Origin: Vicugna vicugna
Lineage: Eukaryota
DNA length: 64,000 bases
Direction of reading: 5' to 3'
Assembly: GCA_013265495.1 (NCBI GenBank)
Contig: MU057560.1
Location: 1,004,753 to 1,068,752, forward strand
The notes under the pieces are model-generated. The model made no database searches and was not told where the DNA came from. It worked only from the letters and a program-made list of their open reading frames with translations. The position numbers and the translations under genes were made by a program. Below, piece by piece: positions 38,593 through 51,822 of the stretch (the stretch's first letter is position 1; the number at the start of each line of letters is the position of its first letter).

Positions 38593-38866
38593 CTCACTTA
38601 TTCGTTCAATTTTCAGGCAACATTTTTGAGGACATACTGTTGGCCAGACAGTGTCCTAGGAAAATTTAAGATGCTTCCGGTTTCTGCTGCGGGAGACAAG
38701 TGTGCAAACATGCTGCCCAGACTCTCCCCTGTGTCTCACTTATTCGTTCAATTTTCGGGCAACATTTTTGAGGACATACTGTTGGCCAGACAGTGTCCTA
38801 GGCCAGGGCTATCATGGAAATTTAAGATGCTTCCGGTTTCTGCTGCGGGAGACAAGTGTGCAAACA
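38570..38866 (+). repeat. Two-copy local tandem duplication (141 + 155 bp)
   Basis: 38570-38710 and 38712-38866 are identical except one substitution and a 14-bp net indel. Confidence 0.95.
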
Positions 38867-39554
38867 AGCGCAAGCATTCAAGCATCGCAGGTGTGACCAG
38901 GGAGTCCTCCACAGGGCAGAGCGAAGGGCAAGGAGAGATGGTGCCTTGATATTTTCTTCCTTTATTATAAGCTCCCTAAACTGCTCTCTCTAAGAAAGAT
39001 TTCTTGCTGTGGAAGACGGAGGCTACCCCTGAGAGCAGGAGTCTGACTAATCACACTAATGATTAATGAATAGTAACAAACGCGGCTAGGAAGTACGTCA
39101 GCTAAATGCAACCAGTGTTTTTCTTTTCTCTTTTTTTCCTTCATATTTCTGATTACTTTCCGTCTTCCCAGCTCTCCACGTACAAGTTAAAATACCCCTG
39201 CTCGTGTCTTCTGGGCAGTCAGACCTACAGCCCCGGTGTCAGACACTTTGCTGACTCTTGCCTTTTGGGACAGACCATATTTAAAAGCTGTTTGAGCACG
39301 TGAACATCCATAAATTCTGTTCTGTGTATACGTTTAAAATCCAACCAAAGTAGGAACTCTTTTTTGAGCTTGCTGTGTTTGTACTTTTAATTTAACGTTC
39401 GTGGGACATCTGCCAAGCTCACCAGCCCTTCTCCATGCGCTGGAAAACCCAGTGAGGACTTGCTCTGAGTCTGATCATCAGGCAGAAGCATGCACACAGA
39501 AATATTCATCAGGGAGCTGCTGAGGACTGTGATAAAACATCAGAGGGCTGAATT

Positions 39555-39790
39555 ACGGAGCCGCCGTCCCCCCCACCCCGCGGTGTCCCATCTGCGCGAT
39601 GGAAGGAAGCGGCCGCGCGCCCTCAGTGCGCGGCGCCGCCCGCTGAGGGCGCTGTCCTGCCCCCCGGGGGGGGGGTCCCAGCCTCTCACCACCTGCTGCT
39701 GCAGGCGAGCGACAACTGCAGCCGAGCGCGGCCCGCGGCGCCCGGGCGGGGCGCTTGACGCTTCAGCGATGCGCTTGCAGACGGTGGGAG
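39555..39790. promoter_or_regulatory. Small CpG-rich patch
   Basis: Dense CpG over ~230 bp; function unknown. Confidence 0.4.
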
Positions 39791-41724
39791 TGGTCCCTGG
39801 AGGCAGGCTGCGGGGTGGGTGGGTGGTTCCCCTAGATGCTGCACGTGCGGAGTCCTCAAAGGTGGTGTCTTCCCACCCCTGCCACGAGCTGTGATTGTCA
39901 CCGTGAGTTTCTAGATTAATCTGTTATTAGTCATTCACTTAGGATGGGGTGACTTGCTGAGGTGCTCCGAGTCGTGCCAAGAGGACTTCGAGAGGCTCAG
40001 AAACTAGCCCACGGCTCCTCACAGGCGTGTGGAGCAGGAGGCTGCCGAGGGAGGGCTTCGAGGGCTGGGGCACGGCCGAGGGCGGGGTTTCAGGGAGAGC
40101 GGGACATGGGACAGGAGGGTGAGGGAAGAGGCTGGGGAAGGGGAGGAAGACAGAGGGATATAGACTCAGAAGAGGAAGGGAAGGGGGAGGGGACGAGGGG
40201 CGGGCGGGCTCTGGACCCTTTCCTCAGCACCGTCTGTCTGACCTAGTTTTGAGGTTCCTCAGAGGGCTTTCCTAAAACACTGGTTTTGAAATGATTCGGT
40301 GAACACGAGTGGAGTTCGGCAGACAGCACACTGAAGTGCAGCCATGATACAAAATGGTACAAGGGCCACTTTTCCTTCCCCTTGGATGATGGGCTCCTGA
40401 CGGAGATGTCTGCTCCTTTCAGGGCCTCTAATTGCCTCCTGCTCCCAATGCGGCCACAGGCCACAGCGCTGGGGACACGTGAGCACGGGTTTCCCGCAGT
40501 CCCAAGAGGCCACGCGCCCCGGCTGCTGTCAGCTCACAGGATCAAAGACTTCCGAGCAGCTTATTTGAAAAACGGTTGAGTAATTTAGCTCTTAATGGTT
40601 TCAGTGTGTTTGGTGTTTCAAACATTGGATATATTATTTTAAAAAGGGAAAAATATCTTTTCAGATGGGTGGTTCCATTAAACAATATTCATTTCCTGCA
40701 TAAACTAAGAAACCAGATTAAAGAACTCAGCCTCCAATCCAGCACAAGAGTGTGTCTGAACATGATTAACCTTGTTTGGGGAAAAAAATAGTAGAAAGAA
40801 TTTGTATCTTCTAAAGAAAGTAAGGTGGTCTCCATCTATCAGTACGACATTTCTCATCTGAATTTGAAATATGAGACTGAAACATGTGACTTAAATAATG
40901 GAGGTTATTAAGATCAGAGACTTCAAGACGTCAGTATTGGGATGGGACCATGTTCATGACACCTGAGCAACTTCATAAAATTAAAAATATTTGATGATAA
41001 TGTGCTAACCTGTATTGCTGATGTTTATAATAATGATAAACATTCCACTTCGTACAGTTAAGGAAATCTTGATAAGAACCAGAAGACGTTTGAAAGTGAT
41101 GCTTTTGTAAAGAGGACTTCGCTGGTACAGTTGTTTTGCCGGGACGCAGCTTGTGGCCACAGGGTGTCTAGAGAGATAGTCTTCCTCCTCAGCCCTGCCA
41201 CTGTCTAGGGATGCACTTCTTGAAGGAATAAAGGACCTTGTCCCATGATGTCCACAAGGATTTGTCCCACGGAAGTCACAAAGAAAAAGGAGAGCAAAGG
41301 GGAATTTTTATGAGGAAAGTAGAATCTCCTGACATCAATCATGGGCAATCAGGACAATGCTTTAGCAAAAATGATCACTGGAAACTTCGTTTAAGTGGGA
41401 TAGGAAGCACTGTCTCATTCTGGTTCTTGGTCCAGTATCTGGGGAGTAGTGTAGGTGGCTTTGAGAATGTTCCTCCATGCTGGGGACACATGATCTCTAC
41501 TCCAGAGGTTAGGCTGGGGGTCAGGGAAGGAGTCTCCTTCCTTGAACTTGCACCGGGATTCAGGGTGGAGCCGAATAAACCGCATGCATTTTAAAGGGTG
41601 TTCACTCAATTCCCTGGTGCTCTTTTTGACTGTCATCAATTTGTTTTCTTTAAACCCTCAGTAAAATCTCAGTATGTCAACACGGCATCAGGTGGGAATT
41701 AAGGGAAAGGATATGAGCTCCTGC

Positions 41725-41938
41725 TGGTGTAGAGCCACGGCCTCACCTGTGAGGAGGAGGCGCTGGTAACGTCTGGAGACATGATTTTCTTGTCACATCT
41801 GGAGCAGAGGTGCCACTGGCATCCAGTGAGCATAGGACAGGACCGGGCTACTGCTAAACTTTTCATGCTGCACAGCACAGCCACACCTCAAAGAATCACC
41901 AGCCCAACATGTCAACAGCACCCAGCTGTAGAAAGCCG
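41725..41938 (+). mobile_element. MER20 hAT-Charlie MITE
   Basis: gtctggagacat...ttgtcaca...actggcatccagtg...ctgctaaac...tgcacagcacagcc...caaagaat...atgtcaa. Confidence 0.85.
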
Positions 41939-43169
41939 AGTCTAGAGTGTTGGATGCAGGTCCGTGTTTGCTGAAGTTAGCTTGGTTTGGGCATGAAGAG
42001 CAATAATTAGTAAGAAATTGCTAAAGAAGAAAGTGAATTTCAAGAGTTAAGAAGAGTGCAAAGCTTTCATGTGTGAATATTTTCCCCAAATGGTTTTCCT
42101 ATAAAATTGGGGTATGTAGGTTTTTGTTGATTTCTTTTGTTTTTGTTGCTTTAAAAAAAAAACACACACAAGGTTATAAATGCCTTCAAAAACAGGCTGG
42201 ACATACAGGTTTCTTAAACCTGGTTATTATCAGAGATTATACCAGCTTTCAGAATTGATTCTACATTGTTAGACTGTCAGAAACACATTTTACAGAATTA
42301 TTTTTATGAAGATTCAGAGAGGCTGTGTTAAACATTGCTCTGTGTCTGCGTCTGTGCTCAGCACTCTACCTGTAATCTCATACAACCTCCCCACAAGCCA
42401 TCAGATAAGCAATTATTTCCTTTTTATTAAGAGAGGAAGCAAAGGCTCAAGTTAAGTAATTTTTCCAGGATCTTAAAAGCTAGTTAGTGTACAGATGCGA
42501 TATTTCTCTCTTCACCTCCTCACTTTTTATCATAATCCCACTGTCACATTCATCATCACTTCCAGCTGCGCCCTAGAACCACACAGAGTGTCTACCGCCC
42601 CTTCCAACTTCTGCATTCTGAGACAGCCATGAGGTTAACCTCAAGGCGGAACACTCCTAGTTTCTGTATGAATTCTGATGGCAGGACAGTCAGTCCTCTC
42701 CCAGCCTGACTGCCCTCTTCATGAACTTCTCTCTGACCACGCCCCCCTGCAGTGGGAGGCCACGTTGTCCTCATGTTCCACCTGCACTCAGAGCATGACG
42801 TCCAGCCGGTAAGTCGTGTCCCTGGACGAGCAGACATCGTGTCTCTCTTACCAAACAGAGAATCCAGACACCTAGTCTTTAGTGGGGCTCCTGGTCTTTA
42901 ATCACCTCCGTGGACTTAAAGTGCTACAAAGTTGGGTTCTCTTATAAATACTCACACACACATATATAACAAAAAATAAAATCTGTATACATTTATAAGT
43001 CTATACATACATATTGAAATGTGTTTTATCTCTAGAATATTTATCTTCGAACAGATTTAGAGATAGACACGGGTGGTGGGACCAGCCTGAATAGAGGCCC
43101 GGGAGCACCTGTGCAGAATTCTGGTTGTTCCATGCCTGGCACGGAGTTGCTGAGGTACAGACCGTATGA

Positions 43170-43860
43170 GTCTCCAATTCCAGTGTCTTTGTTTGCTGTT
43201 CTTTATTGTTTTTAAATTTTATCTGGGTTTAGCCTGCTGTTCTTACTCAAACCCCTTGAACTGCAGGCTTAGCTCATCAATTTTCAGCCCTTCCTTTATA
43301 ATGAAAACATTTATAATTATAAATTTCCAACCACAAACCTTTTCCGCTGTATCCCACAGCTGTGATATGTAGCCTTGTCATCATTTTTACTGCTACTGTT
43401 TCAAAACTTTTCTTATTTTTCCTTTGATCCATGAATTTTTCAGAAGTATGATTTAAAATTCACCACTGCCTATGTTTTAGAGCTCATTTTATATTATTGA
43501 TTTTTAAATTAATTACCTTTTTTCAGAGAATGTATTCAGTATGGCATTGATTTTCCTGTCTAAAACATTATCTTTGTTCAGTATTTTAATTCCACTGTGT
43601 TTTCTTTGACACAACGTTAATAATTGTTATATTTTCGTGCTGTAAAGTCAACGTTTGTTTGCATTTGCCAACGCTTGCCAGATTTTTTGTCTCACAGTTT
43701 CCTCTGGTATCACAGTCCTCACTTTGGGGATCAATTTTTATTTTTCCTGATATATATTTTTTAAAATGTTGCTCTAATGAGAGTTTGAGGTAAACATTTT
43801 TAGAGTTTTAAATTTTGTCAGAAAACGTCATTATTTTGGTTTTATGGATTGCTCATGATC
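43170..43860 (-). mobile_element. Highly degraded L1M remnant
   Basis: T-rich; ataaatttcc...gctgtatcccaca...tttcctttgatccatgaattttcagaagt. Confidence 0.45.
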
Positions 43861-44049
43861 TTTAATCCAATAAGGCAAATGTTCTTTATTATTATAAACA
43901 TTCTTTATCCAATGAAGTAATATATGTGTATGTATTTATGTATGCATATCTATAAATGTACGTAATGTAATGATGTGTGTGTATGTATATTATATGTATT
44001 CTCCTGTAAAATGCTTTATCAGTATAAGCTCTTCAGAGTGAGATAAATT

Positions 44050-44390
44050 CCAATTCATTCCACATACATCTGTGAGCGCGTCCTGTGGGCTGACCTAAGC
44101 CCCATTCTGAAGATGCAGAGATCAGATGCAGTCCTGACCTGCCAGAATTGCTCAGAGCCCCGTAGGGCTTTCCATGAGCAGCATGTTCACGGCGGACTCC
44201 GAGAGCCACACGGACGTTTTCCAGCCAAGTCAGCAGAGACCAAGTAGGAAAGCTTTTTGGAAGGTTGATGCTGGAGCCAAGTCGTGAGGAATGTGTACAT
44301 ACTTAACCGAAGCTGGAGAAAAGAGAAAGGAAGAGGAATTCATGTGCGAGAGGCCAGCCGCCCTGGGACGGGAAGGGCTACGGGGGAGCT
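44050..44390 (-). mobile_element. L2 3' remnant
   Basis: attcattcc...gtcctgacctgcc...aggaaagctt...ggaattcatg. Confidence 0.45.
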
Positions 44391-44676
44391 CCTGAGGAGA
44401 CAGAGATGCTCAGCCACGTGGCTGCTGGTGAGGGTGATGCCGCTGTCAGTCACTCGTTGTCCTGGTCAGTCTGGGCTCCCGGTCCAGGAGGCAGCCGTGG
44501 GATAGGAACGGCGACATTTCTTCTGCAAAATATCGCGGCAGGTATTGATCAGTTAAGCTTGCGGCGTGATCAGTGTTTACTCAACGTGTGTTGGACCCGC
44601 ATCCACGTCCACAGCCCACTACTTGCTTTGAGAAAACACACGGATCTGCCGTCCTTTCTTCCCAAAATGTTTCTAG

Positions 44677-44796
44677 CAGCGGTTCTCAAGACTACCAGGG
44701 AATTCTGATCTCACTGGTTTGGGATGCAGCCTAGACATCTGCATCAAAAAAATGTCCCCAGGTGATCCTAGTGTGCACTAATGTTAAGGACCACTG
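44677..44796. mobile_element. Internally deleted MER5A MITE
   Basis: TIR-like cagcggttctcaa ... ttaaggaccactg; internal attctgat...ccccaggtgat. Confidence 0.75.
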
Positions 44797-44849
44797 GCTT
44801 ACAGTGTCTGTTTGACCTGCCTGCCGGCTTTTCTCAACCAGATTTCTGC

Positions 44850-44927
44850 AAAAAATAAAATAAAATAAAATAAAATAAAATAAAATAAAATAAAATAAAA
44901 TAAAATAAAATAAAATAATAAAATAAA
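44850..44927. repeat. (TAAAA)n microsatellite
   Basis: Seen directly. Confidence 0.97.
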
Positions 44928-45139
44928 GCACCACCAGAAATGATCTGAATGATTATTTTCTCAGTTCTCCTAAATGTAGCATATAGATAGTAATTTTCTA
45001 GTGCGTGGGAGAGAAATCAATTCTTTGTTATAATGGATGCTTCAGGACATTATGCTGAATTTTCTAGTGGAGAGAGATGATGTTTATAATGATTGAAAGA
45101 TATGTCAACAGCGAGTGTTACGTTAGTACACTGATTCCC

Positions 45140-45331
45140 TATGGCAGGAAAAAAAAAAGCCTGGAACGGTTGCATCTGCCCCTTCCCGTGGTGTAGACGC
45201 CCAGCTCCCAGCACGGCTGATGTTAATGCATCAACTATGTAAGAACTGGCTCACAAAATTCCTGCAGGGTTAAAAATTAGCTCCCACAACCTGGTCTCAC
45301 AAATTGGCAGGGCTGGCCTGCAGCACACCAT
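45140..45331. mobile_element. MER53/MER63-like hAT MITE
   Basis: aaaaaaagcc...ttcccgtggtgtaga...gcagcacacca end. Confidence 0.5.
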
Positions 45332-46295
45332 ACTTTTCTTGAGAAATGTATCGGTTTCAAATATAAATGCCGTGCTACGATGCTAATTTTTCTGGCCGTA
45401 TTATTGTGATGGTTCTTGGGTTTCATCAAAGCAACTCGGATATCTATCTCCTACCCATGCGGCTGGTGAGGTCGGGCTGAGTCGGCTTGCACACTCTCTC
45501 CCAAGCCTGGAATACCACAGCCATCAGCTGTAAAAGCGGGGACAAGTAAAGAAGAAACCAGAAGATCATATAAAGGATTCTTTGAAAAGAATCTTGTGTG
45601 TCACACAGTGAGGAGAACCAAACCCCAGAATCAGAAAACATAATACTACTTTTGTTGTTTGAATGTTGGTTCAAAGCAAGGAAAGTGCACAGAGTAGAAA
45701 CAGCTGGCTCTTCCTCTCTTTTATTTAACAGAAACATCCACACTCAAAAGACTCAAGAGTTTATTTACGTTACTCAGAACATATGGAAAACTCATGAATC
45801 ACCCTCACATAAATACAGATATTATAATAAGGTGGAGATCTGAAAAAAAAATTATATGATATTGAAAGTAAGGGGGAAAAAAGAAACCAAAGTCTGTGCC
45901 CTGGATATATTAAGGTGCCATACTAGGATTTTAGCAATTTGGGAATATTTATCGTAAAGAAGGTCCAATAATTCATGACCGTTGTTTCCAAGTCACTGTC
46001 CTGAGTGGGAGTTCAGATGGTGGAAAGCGGTTATGAAGACTGGGCAACATGCTTGTATTTAAACATAAGGATGGAATTTTAAAAACTGCCTTGGAAGGTG
46101 GCAAACATTTTGGCAGAGCCTGGATAATATCTGGGGATGTTTCAGGAAGGAGTCAGGTACCAAATGAGGAGAGGCCACTCTGAATTACCTTTCAGAGCCT
46201 CACAGACCTGGTGCCCATGATTACGGGAATCACGCAATGAGGAAGTGGCGGTGCTCGGGGAAGGGGTTAAATAGACCAGAACTACTGCACAAGCC

Positions 46296-46427
46296 TTCAT
46301 TTCGCTACTCAGAATGGCGCCATACTTAAAAGTTGTGAATTGTTTATTGCTGGAATTTTCCATTCGTAGTTTCAGACCGTGGTTGACTGTGGGTAAGAGA
46401 AACCGTGGATGAGGGGAGAAACTCTAC
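46296..46427 (-). mobile_element. TcMar-Tigger terminal fragment (MER44-like)
   Basis: gctactcagaatggcgc...gaattgtttatt...ggaattttccatt...ttcagaccgtggttgactgtgggtaa...aaaccgtggat. Confidence 0.7.
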
Positions 46428-46639
46428 AAGTTATTCCCTCCTATTTCCCTTAGGACGAATTATAACTTACACCCCACACTTGAAAACTGAGCAGAGTGAT
46501 CTGTATTTCCCATCAATGATTTTGTCATCACAACCTGCTTTGCCAAGAAGTTTGCGTAAGTGCCGTTTAGATAGACCTCCTTTCTGTAGTATTTAGTCAT
46601 CAATACACTGCCCGTTTTATCTTGATATAATTAACGCGG

Positions 46640-46965
46640 TATTGATCACTTTTATGGACTAGCATCAAACCACAAAAAACCTTATGGTTTACCATAACAA
46701 GCATTGTTTTCTTTCTTAAGGCTGCGGGTTTGCAGGAGCTCTCCTGGTCTTGCCTGGGATGAGCTGGTCTTGGTTCCAGGCTATGGACTGGTTTCAGTTC
46801 TGCTAGACATCTTCCTGGTTTCCTTGGTCCAGCAGCTAAACATGGGGTGTGCACCTCTAACGGCAGACCACAAGGGCACACTTGAAACTTCCATCTAAAA
46901 AACGTCTACTAACATTGCATAAGTCACAGCCCAATATCAAAGATGCGGGGGTGTATCCTCCACCA
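46640..46965 (-). mobile_element. Old MLT1 (J/K-like) MaLR LTR
   Basis: aacaagcattg...ggcacacttgaaac...gtctactaacatt...aagtcacagccca. Confidence 0.55.
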
Positions 46966-47399
46966 ACGTAGCATAATGGAAGTTCACACGGCAAAGATGA
47001 ACTGAGAGCGCTAGTCCAGTCAACCCAAAATGGTATCTGCACAAAACTTGGTAGACTGTTTTCTTGCTGCAGTTGTAAGTCCATTTCCACTAGAACTTCC
47101 TTTGTTAACCCATATTCAACAGAGCATCTGATTCTCATGTATTTGTTGTCGTAGAATCTACTGTATGTCGTTTATTGTTATGCCTTTGCCATACGTCTTC
47201 AGGGTAGTAAGGTAAGTTTACTAAAGACAGAGACTCAGTCCCTTCTTCTCTTTGCTCTGATTTCGTCTGAAACTCAACAGAATCCAACAGGCCATTGGTC
47301 ACAAAGGTGATACCTAAGACCCTTGCTGAGGATCCTTGACCCCATGTTTGTCACCAGTCTTTACGTCCCAACATTTTGAACTTGCTCTTCTCACTTTGT

Positions 47400-48050
47400 C
47401 CACTATTCCACTTATTATCCACTGTCTCCACCTGCTGAACTCTGACCTTTGCCCTCCTGTTCTCATTAAGGTCACTGATCATCCATCGTCAACTCCAGTG
47501 CATGGTTCTCGGTCTTTATTTTATGAGACTTACCTGATACTGTTGTCCATGCCCTTTTTGAATCACTCTGATTTCTTGCTCTTGTCGCACCACCTTCTAC
47601 GGTTCCCATTGTAGCTTTGCAGCCATTTATTCTGCTTATTTGGAGCTCCCTGTATGTCTGGCCATCCTTCTAAATGAGTGCGTTCCTCAGGGTTCTCCAT
47701 CAGTCCCCAGCTCCTCCACCTTGCATCCTGTGCTCTGGAGGTTGTGGCACTGTCACACTTGCTTGCTTTGCTGCTGCCTCTCAGATGCGTGTCTGCAGGC
47801 TGCAGCTTTTCCTCGGACTGCAGACATGCATGCAACTTGCCCCTGGGCATTGCCAACTGCACTGTTTCTAAGCACTTTAAATTTTGCCCGACCCAAACTA
47901 AATGTAATCATCTTTCTATGTAAGTGTCTTTCTTTCTTTATGTCTCTGTCTTAATCACTAAAATTGCTTCCTATCTAGTCTCAAACTGATGTACTGTTGG
48001 TCACAATTGGCTCTATCCTCTCTTGTTTCCCCACATTCTGCTAATTACAA
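47400..48050 (+). mobile_element. L2 remnant
   Basis: tctcattaaggtcactgat...gttcctcagggttctcc...caacttgccc. Confidence 0.5.
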
Positions 48051-51000
48051 AGTTTTAAGGGCTCTTGTGCCCAGATATTTTTTTCAGATCCTTGTATCTA
48101 GTGCCCTGCTAACAATAGCTAAGATGTGTTAATCACTAGCATGAACTAATGGCCATGCTAGCGTTTCACTTTTAATATTGTGTTTGCCTCTGAGGCAAAT
48201 ACTAATCTCTCCATGTTACAGACGAGAAGACAGCCCAGAGATTTGGAAGATGAGAAAAAGTAGGCTCCGAAAAATCAAGTTTCTTGCCTGGGGACTGTGA
48301 TGCATGAAGCTGTTGGAATTCAAAGTCTAAGCTCTCAGTCCTGCCTCTGCACCTCTTGTGGGCAAATCGTTTTTGTTCGATTTGAATGATACTCTTTATC
48401 CCCAATTCTTTTGCTTCTATAAAGTCTGTAGAACCAACATTTGTTAAATGTTTAAAACATTCCAGGAACTGTGCCAGATGCGGAGGTAGGAATGTGAATA
48501 AGACAGAATTTCTGCCCTCAGTAGCCCACACACTCACTGCTTTGGAATAATAGTCAGAGAGAAAGTTGTAAATCATAAATGCACGTAAGAAATAATATAT
48601 CAGTTTTGGCTGCTCTAGAAATTTGGTGACAAAATATTTTTATTATTAAGCCTTAGAAATACTATGTTTGGGGGCATTTATATAAATTATTCAGGTGATT
48701 CAGGCCAAGGACTATGCTGACTCCCAAATAACTAAGTATTAACCAATGGGACTTCTATTGTCATTATCAAGACAACTGGTATTTGTTGCTTCGGGCTAGG
48801 TTAATCTGTCTCATTCAGAATGATTAAACAAACAAAATAAAGATAAGGCTTGGAACTGAAGTCAGATGGTTCAGGATGAAGAAAGGAGTTTCGCCAGTTC
48901 GTCATTGACCCAGACCAATGCACTCCAAGGGAACCCGTGAGTTAGACCCGCCCTGCCGCCCCTACCTTCCCAGATGTAGCAGGACCAGCCCTGCTTTCAA
49001 GTGGTGATCGGCAATAATGGATCGCTCGTTCCTTAATGTCAGTATTGGTGATTTCGTGATTAATTATCTGACTGCCGTGCGGTGCTTAAAATAGTCCACA
49101 TGCATGAAGTAAACTGGGTGATCAGGAGGAAACTGTGTCGTGCAAACTCATGCAATGCAGACCCTCACTGTCACACTCACTGCTGACAACAGAAGTGGGT
49201 CAATGGAGTGACTGGCCCCTGTTAATTGATTTTCTCAGACACACCATCCATATTCATGATATCCTGCTGTTTGTCTGTCACCTCAGAGAGGCCCGCTCCG
49301 TCTTCAGAATCACAATTAACAGAAAATATGTGCACTTAGCTAATGAATATGAGTAGGCCAGAGCAGTCGTGGGCCTGATTTTTTGCTTCCAGGCAATTAT
49401 TACAGACTGGAAGCAGCAGCCCTTTGTCCATACGGTGTCCTGAAAATATTAATTCATGGACGATCGGGTGGAAGGTCCCCAGGAAGGAGTGTTCACCAAA
49501 GGAAGACGTTGGCTCGTTCGTCGCAGGGCTCCGTGGCTTGCTAACCTGCTGGCCATCCTATTCTGGTCAACACTGAGAAGCGCAGATGATGCCAGATAAA
49601 TGCACAGAACGAAGGACGTCAGCACAGCCCAGTGTGTGAGCGTCCGCGCCCTGTCGTCCAGGTGTAATTAGCATTGACAGGATCCGGACGTAGCTGCAGC
49701 TGTCGTCGCAGAACCCAGGCGAGGGCCTCTGTCCAACGGTGTCTTGCACACCTGGGCATTTTTGTTTCTTTCTTTCCTGCCATGTGATTCACTAGCAACG
49801 AGATGGAAGATGGTTCACACTTGCTTCCTCCAGTGGCTCACACCTTGCTCAGGTGTCCTCAGTGGCTAAGGGTGACGACAGCAGACAGACACGGAAATCG
49901 GGAAAGAGACGCGTTTCGGACGGCGTTCACTGTCATCAGATTGTCCATCAAACCTGTCTGCTTTTTGCATGAATGGGACTTTGTGATCAGGGACACGCCT
50001 TGCTTTCTGGTGACATTGTAACCTTCCTTGTTTTCGTTTACATCAAGATTTGTGAAACAATATCTCCATCTGCGGAGGGAAAATAGGTTTTGAAAGAAGG
50101 AATCTGTCAATGATTTTTGAATAAAGAACTAGAGTGAGGGATGGGCGCAAAGTCATAGAGTTTTGCTTCTGAAAACACATGAAATACTAAAACGGTGAAA
50201 AATGCGAGTTTCCCCAAAGCCTCCCCAGAGCCTTTTTGATGTGTACAAGGCAAAGGATTAGCCCCGCTGGTAATACTCGTGTCAGGGCCGCCCCGATTCG
50301 TTTGCTGTTCTGCCGGGAGGAGCAGCAGAGCTTTAAGGGCTGTTAACTTTTTGGCAAGCAGCTCTGAGAGGGCAATAATGAGATTAACATTCGGACGGCC
50401 TGGTTTGCTTTCTCGCCGTATTTAATTACTACTTTGACACCAAATAGTACTCACTCTGAGGCCTCGAGATAGGACACTATTAATCCACATTTGAGTCATA
50501 TGGTGGGGCCTGCTGTGGAAAACCCGTGGAAAATGGGGCGTTTTTCAACTGCCCTCTACAAGGTCGGGGGACGTCCCCACGGGAGGTGGGGAGTCACTGC
50601 TTGAAACTGAATTGAGCCTTCTCCACCCAGCTCTTGGTGGGATATCATGCAGAACCTAATCTGTATCTCCCTTGTGACTATTCGCGCAGCGTTTTTACGG
50701 TCATCACGCCGTCTGATTATTCCTTAAAGGCCTGCGTACTAAGTCTTACCAGGCCTACTTTATAGGGAAGGGAAGTCCACAGCCTACAGACGCCGGCCGG
50801 AGGTCACATCCATTTTGCTCAGAAAGCCTGGACTTAAACTCAGGCCTCCTTGCATCACATCCCGGAGTGCGTTCGGTGGTGGAGAAGCGAGTCAAAAGCC
50901 ATTTATTCATTTATTATCTCCCAGCTGTCAGGATGTAGAAACAGGCATTTTTGTTTTCTCAGACAACTTGGGAAATAACGGAAAAAAAATACCCTTTGAT

Positions 51001-51499
51001 GTGAAGAGCTTTATGGTTAAACTTCTTGCAGAAAATAAAAACATTTTCTAAAGAATTACAGAAAACTTCTAATTAAAAAAAAAAAATTAAGGAAACTGAA
51101 GAGGCTGGCATCGATGCCACGTCTGGCCCTGTCTTTGGCACTACTATCTCAGGAGACTGAGAACACAGCGCACCTCTGTCTCCCCTGTTCTCACTGATAT
51201 AAAAGATGTGTTTCTTAGAGCCCTTTTCAAAATCAATGATCTGTAATTCCACACATTTCCAAGCTCCCCTATATTTATAAATTAATATACAACTAAGCAA
51301 GTCATAATTCAACATGGGCCGTTTCTTTAACGCCTCAGATTCCTTCCCACTACCTTATGAATGTGACGCCTTTCAGTTTTTGGGTGAAGTATCTGAATGG
51401 CAGTTGTGGGCTCCAGTGAGTAAGTCTACACAGGTTATGGTGGAATGTGAATAAAAACATCACCACTGCTCTGAACTCAGCTCTTCCCAGCTTTCTCAT

Positions 51500-51822
51500 C
51501 CCTCCACCCATCCTTGCAATCATCTATCCAACCACCCATCCAGCCATCCACTCATCCACTCGTCCCTTTATCCCTCCATCCCTCTATTCATCATCCACTC
51601 TTTCCTCCATCCATTCATTCATCCACTCATCCCTCTAGCCATGCATTCACCCACTCATCCATCCATCCACCCATCCACCTGCTAATTCACTCATCCACTC
51701 ATCTACCCATCCACCCACACACCCAACCACCCATCCATCCATCCATCCACCCACCCACCCATCCACTCATCCATCCATCCACCCACTAACTCACTCATCC
51801 ACCCACCTGCCCACCCACCCAT
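51500..51822. repeat. (TCCA)n / (CCAC)n degenerate microsatellite abutting an antisense L2 3' end (~51830-51905)
   Basis: Seen directly; followed by tttatt...ctattatgtgccag. Confidence 0.9.

Noticed and set aside
38570..38866. Repeat-spacer or CRISPR-like array
   Set aside because: Only two long adjacent units with no spacers, in mammalian DNA
49650..49690. ccag|gtgtaattagca resembling a recalled CLCN4 exon start
   Set aside because: Not followed by the ATG or any matching coding sequence; chance match
51447..51789. His/Pro/Ser-rich ORFs
   Set aside because: Translation of the (TCCA)n microsatellite
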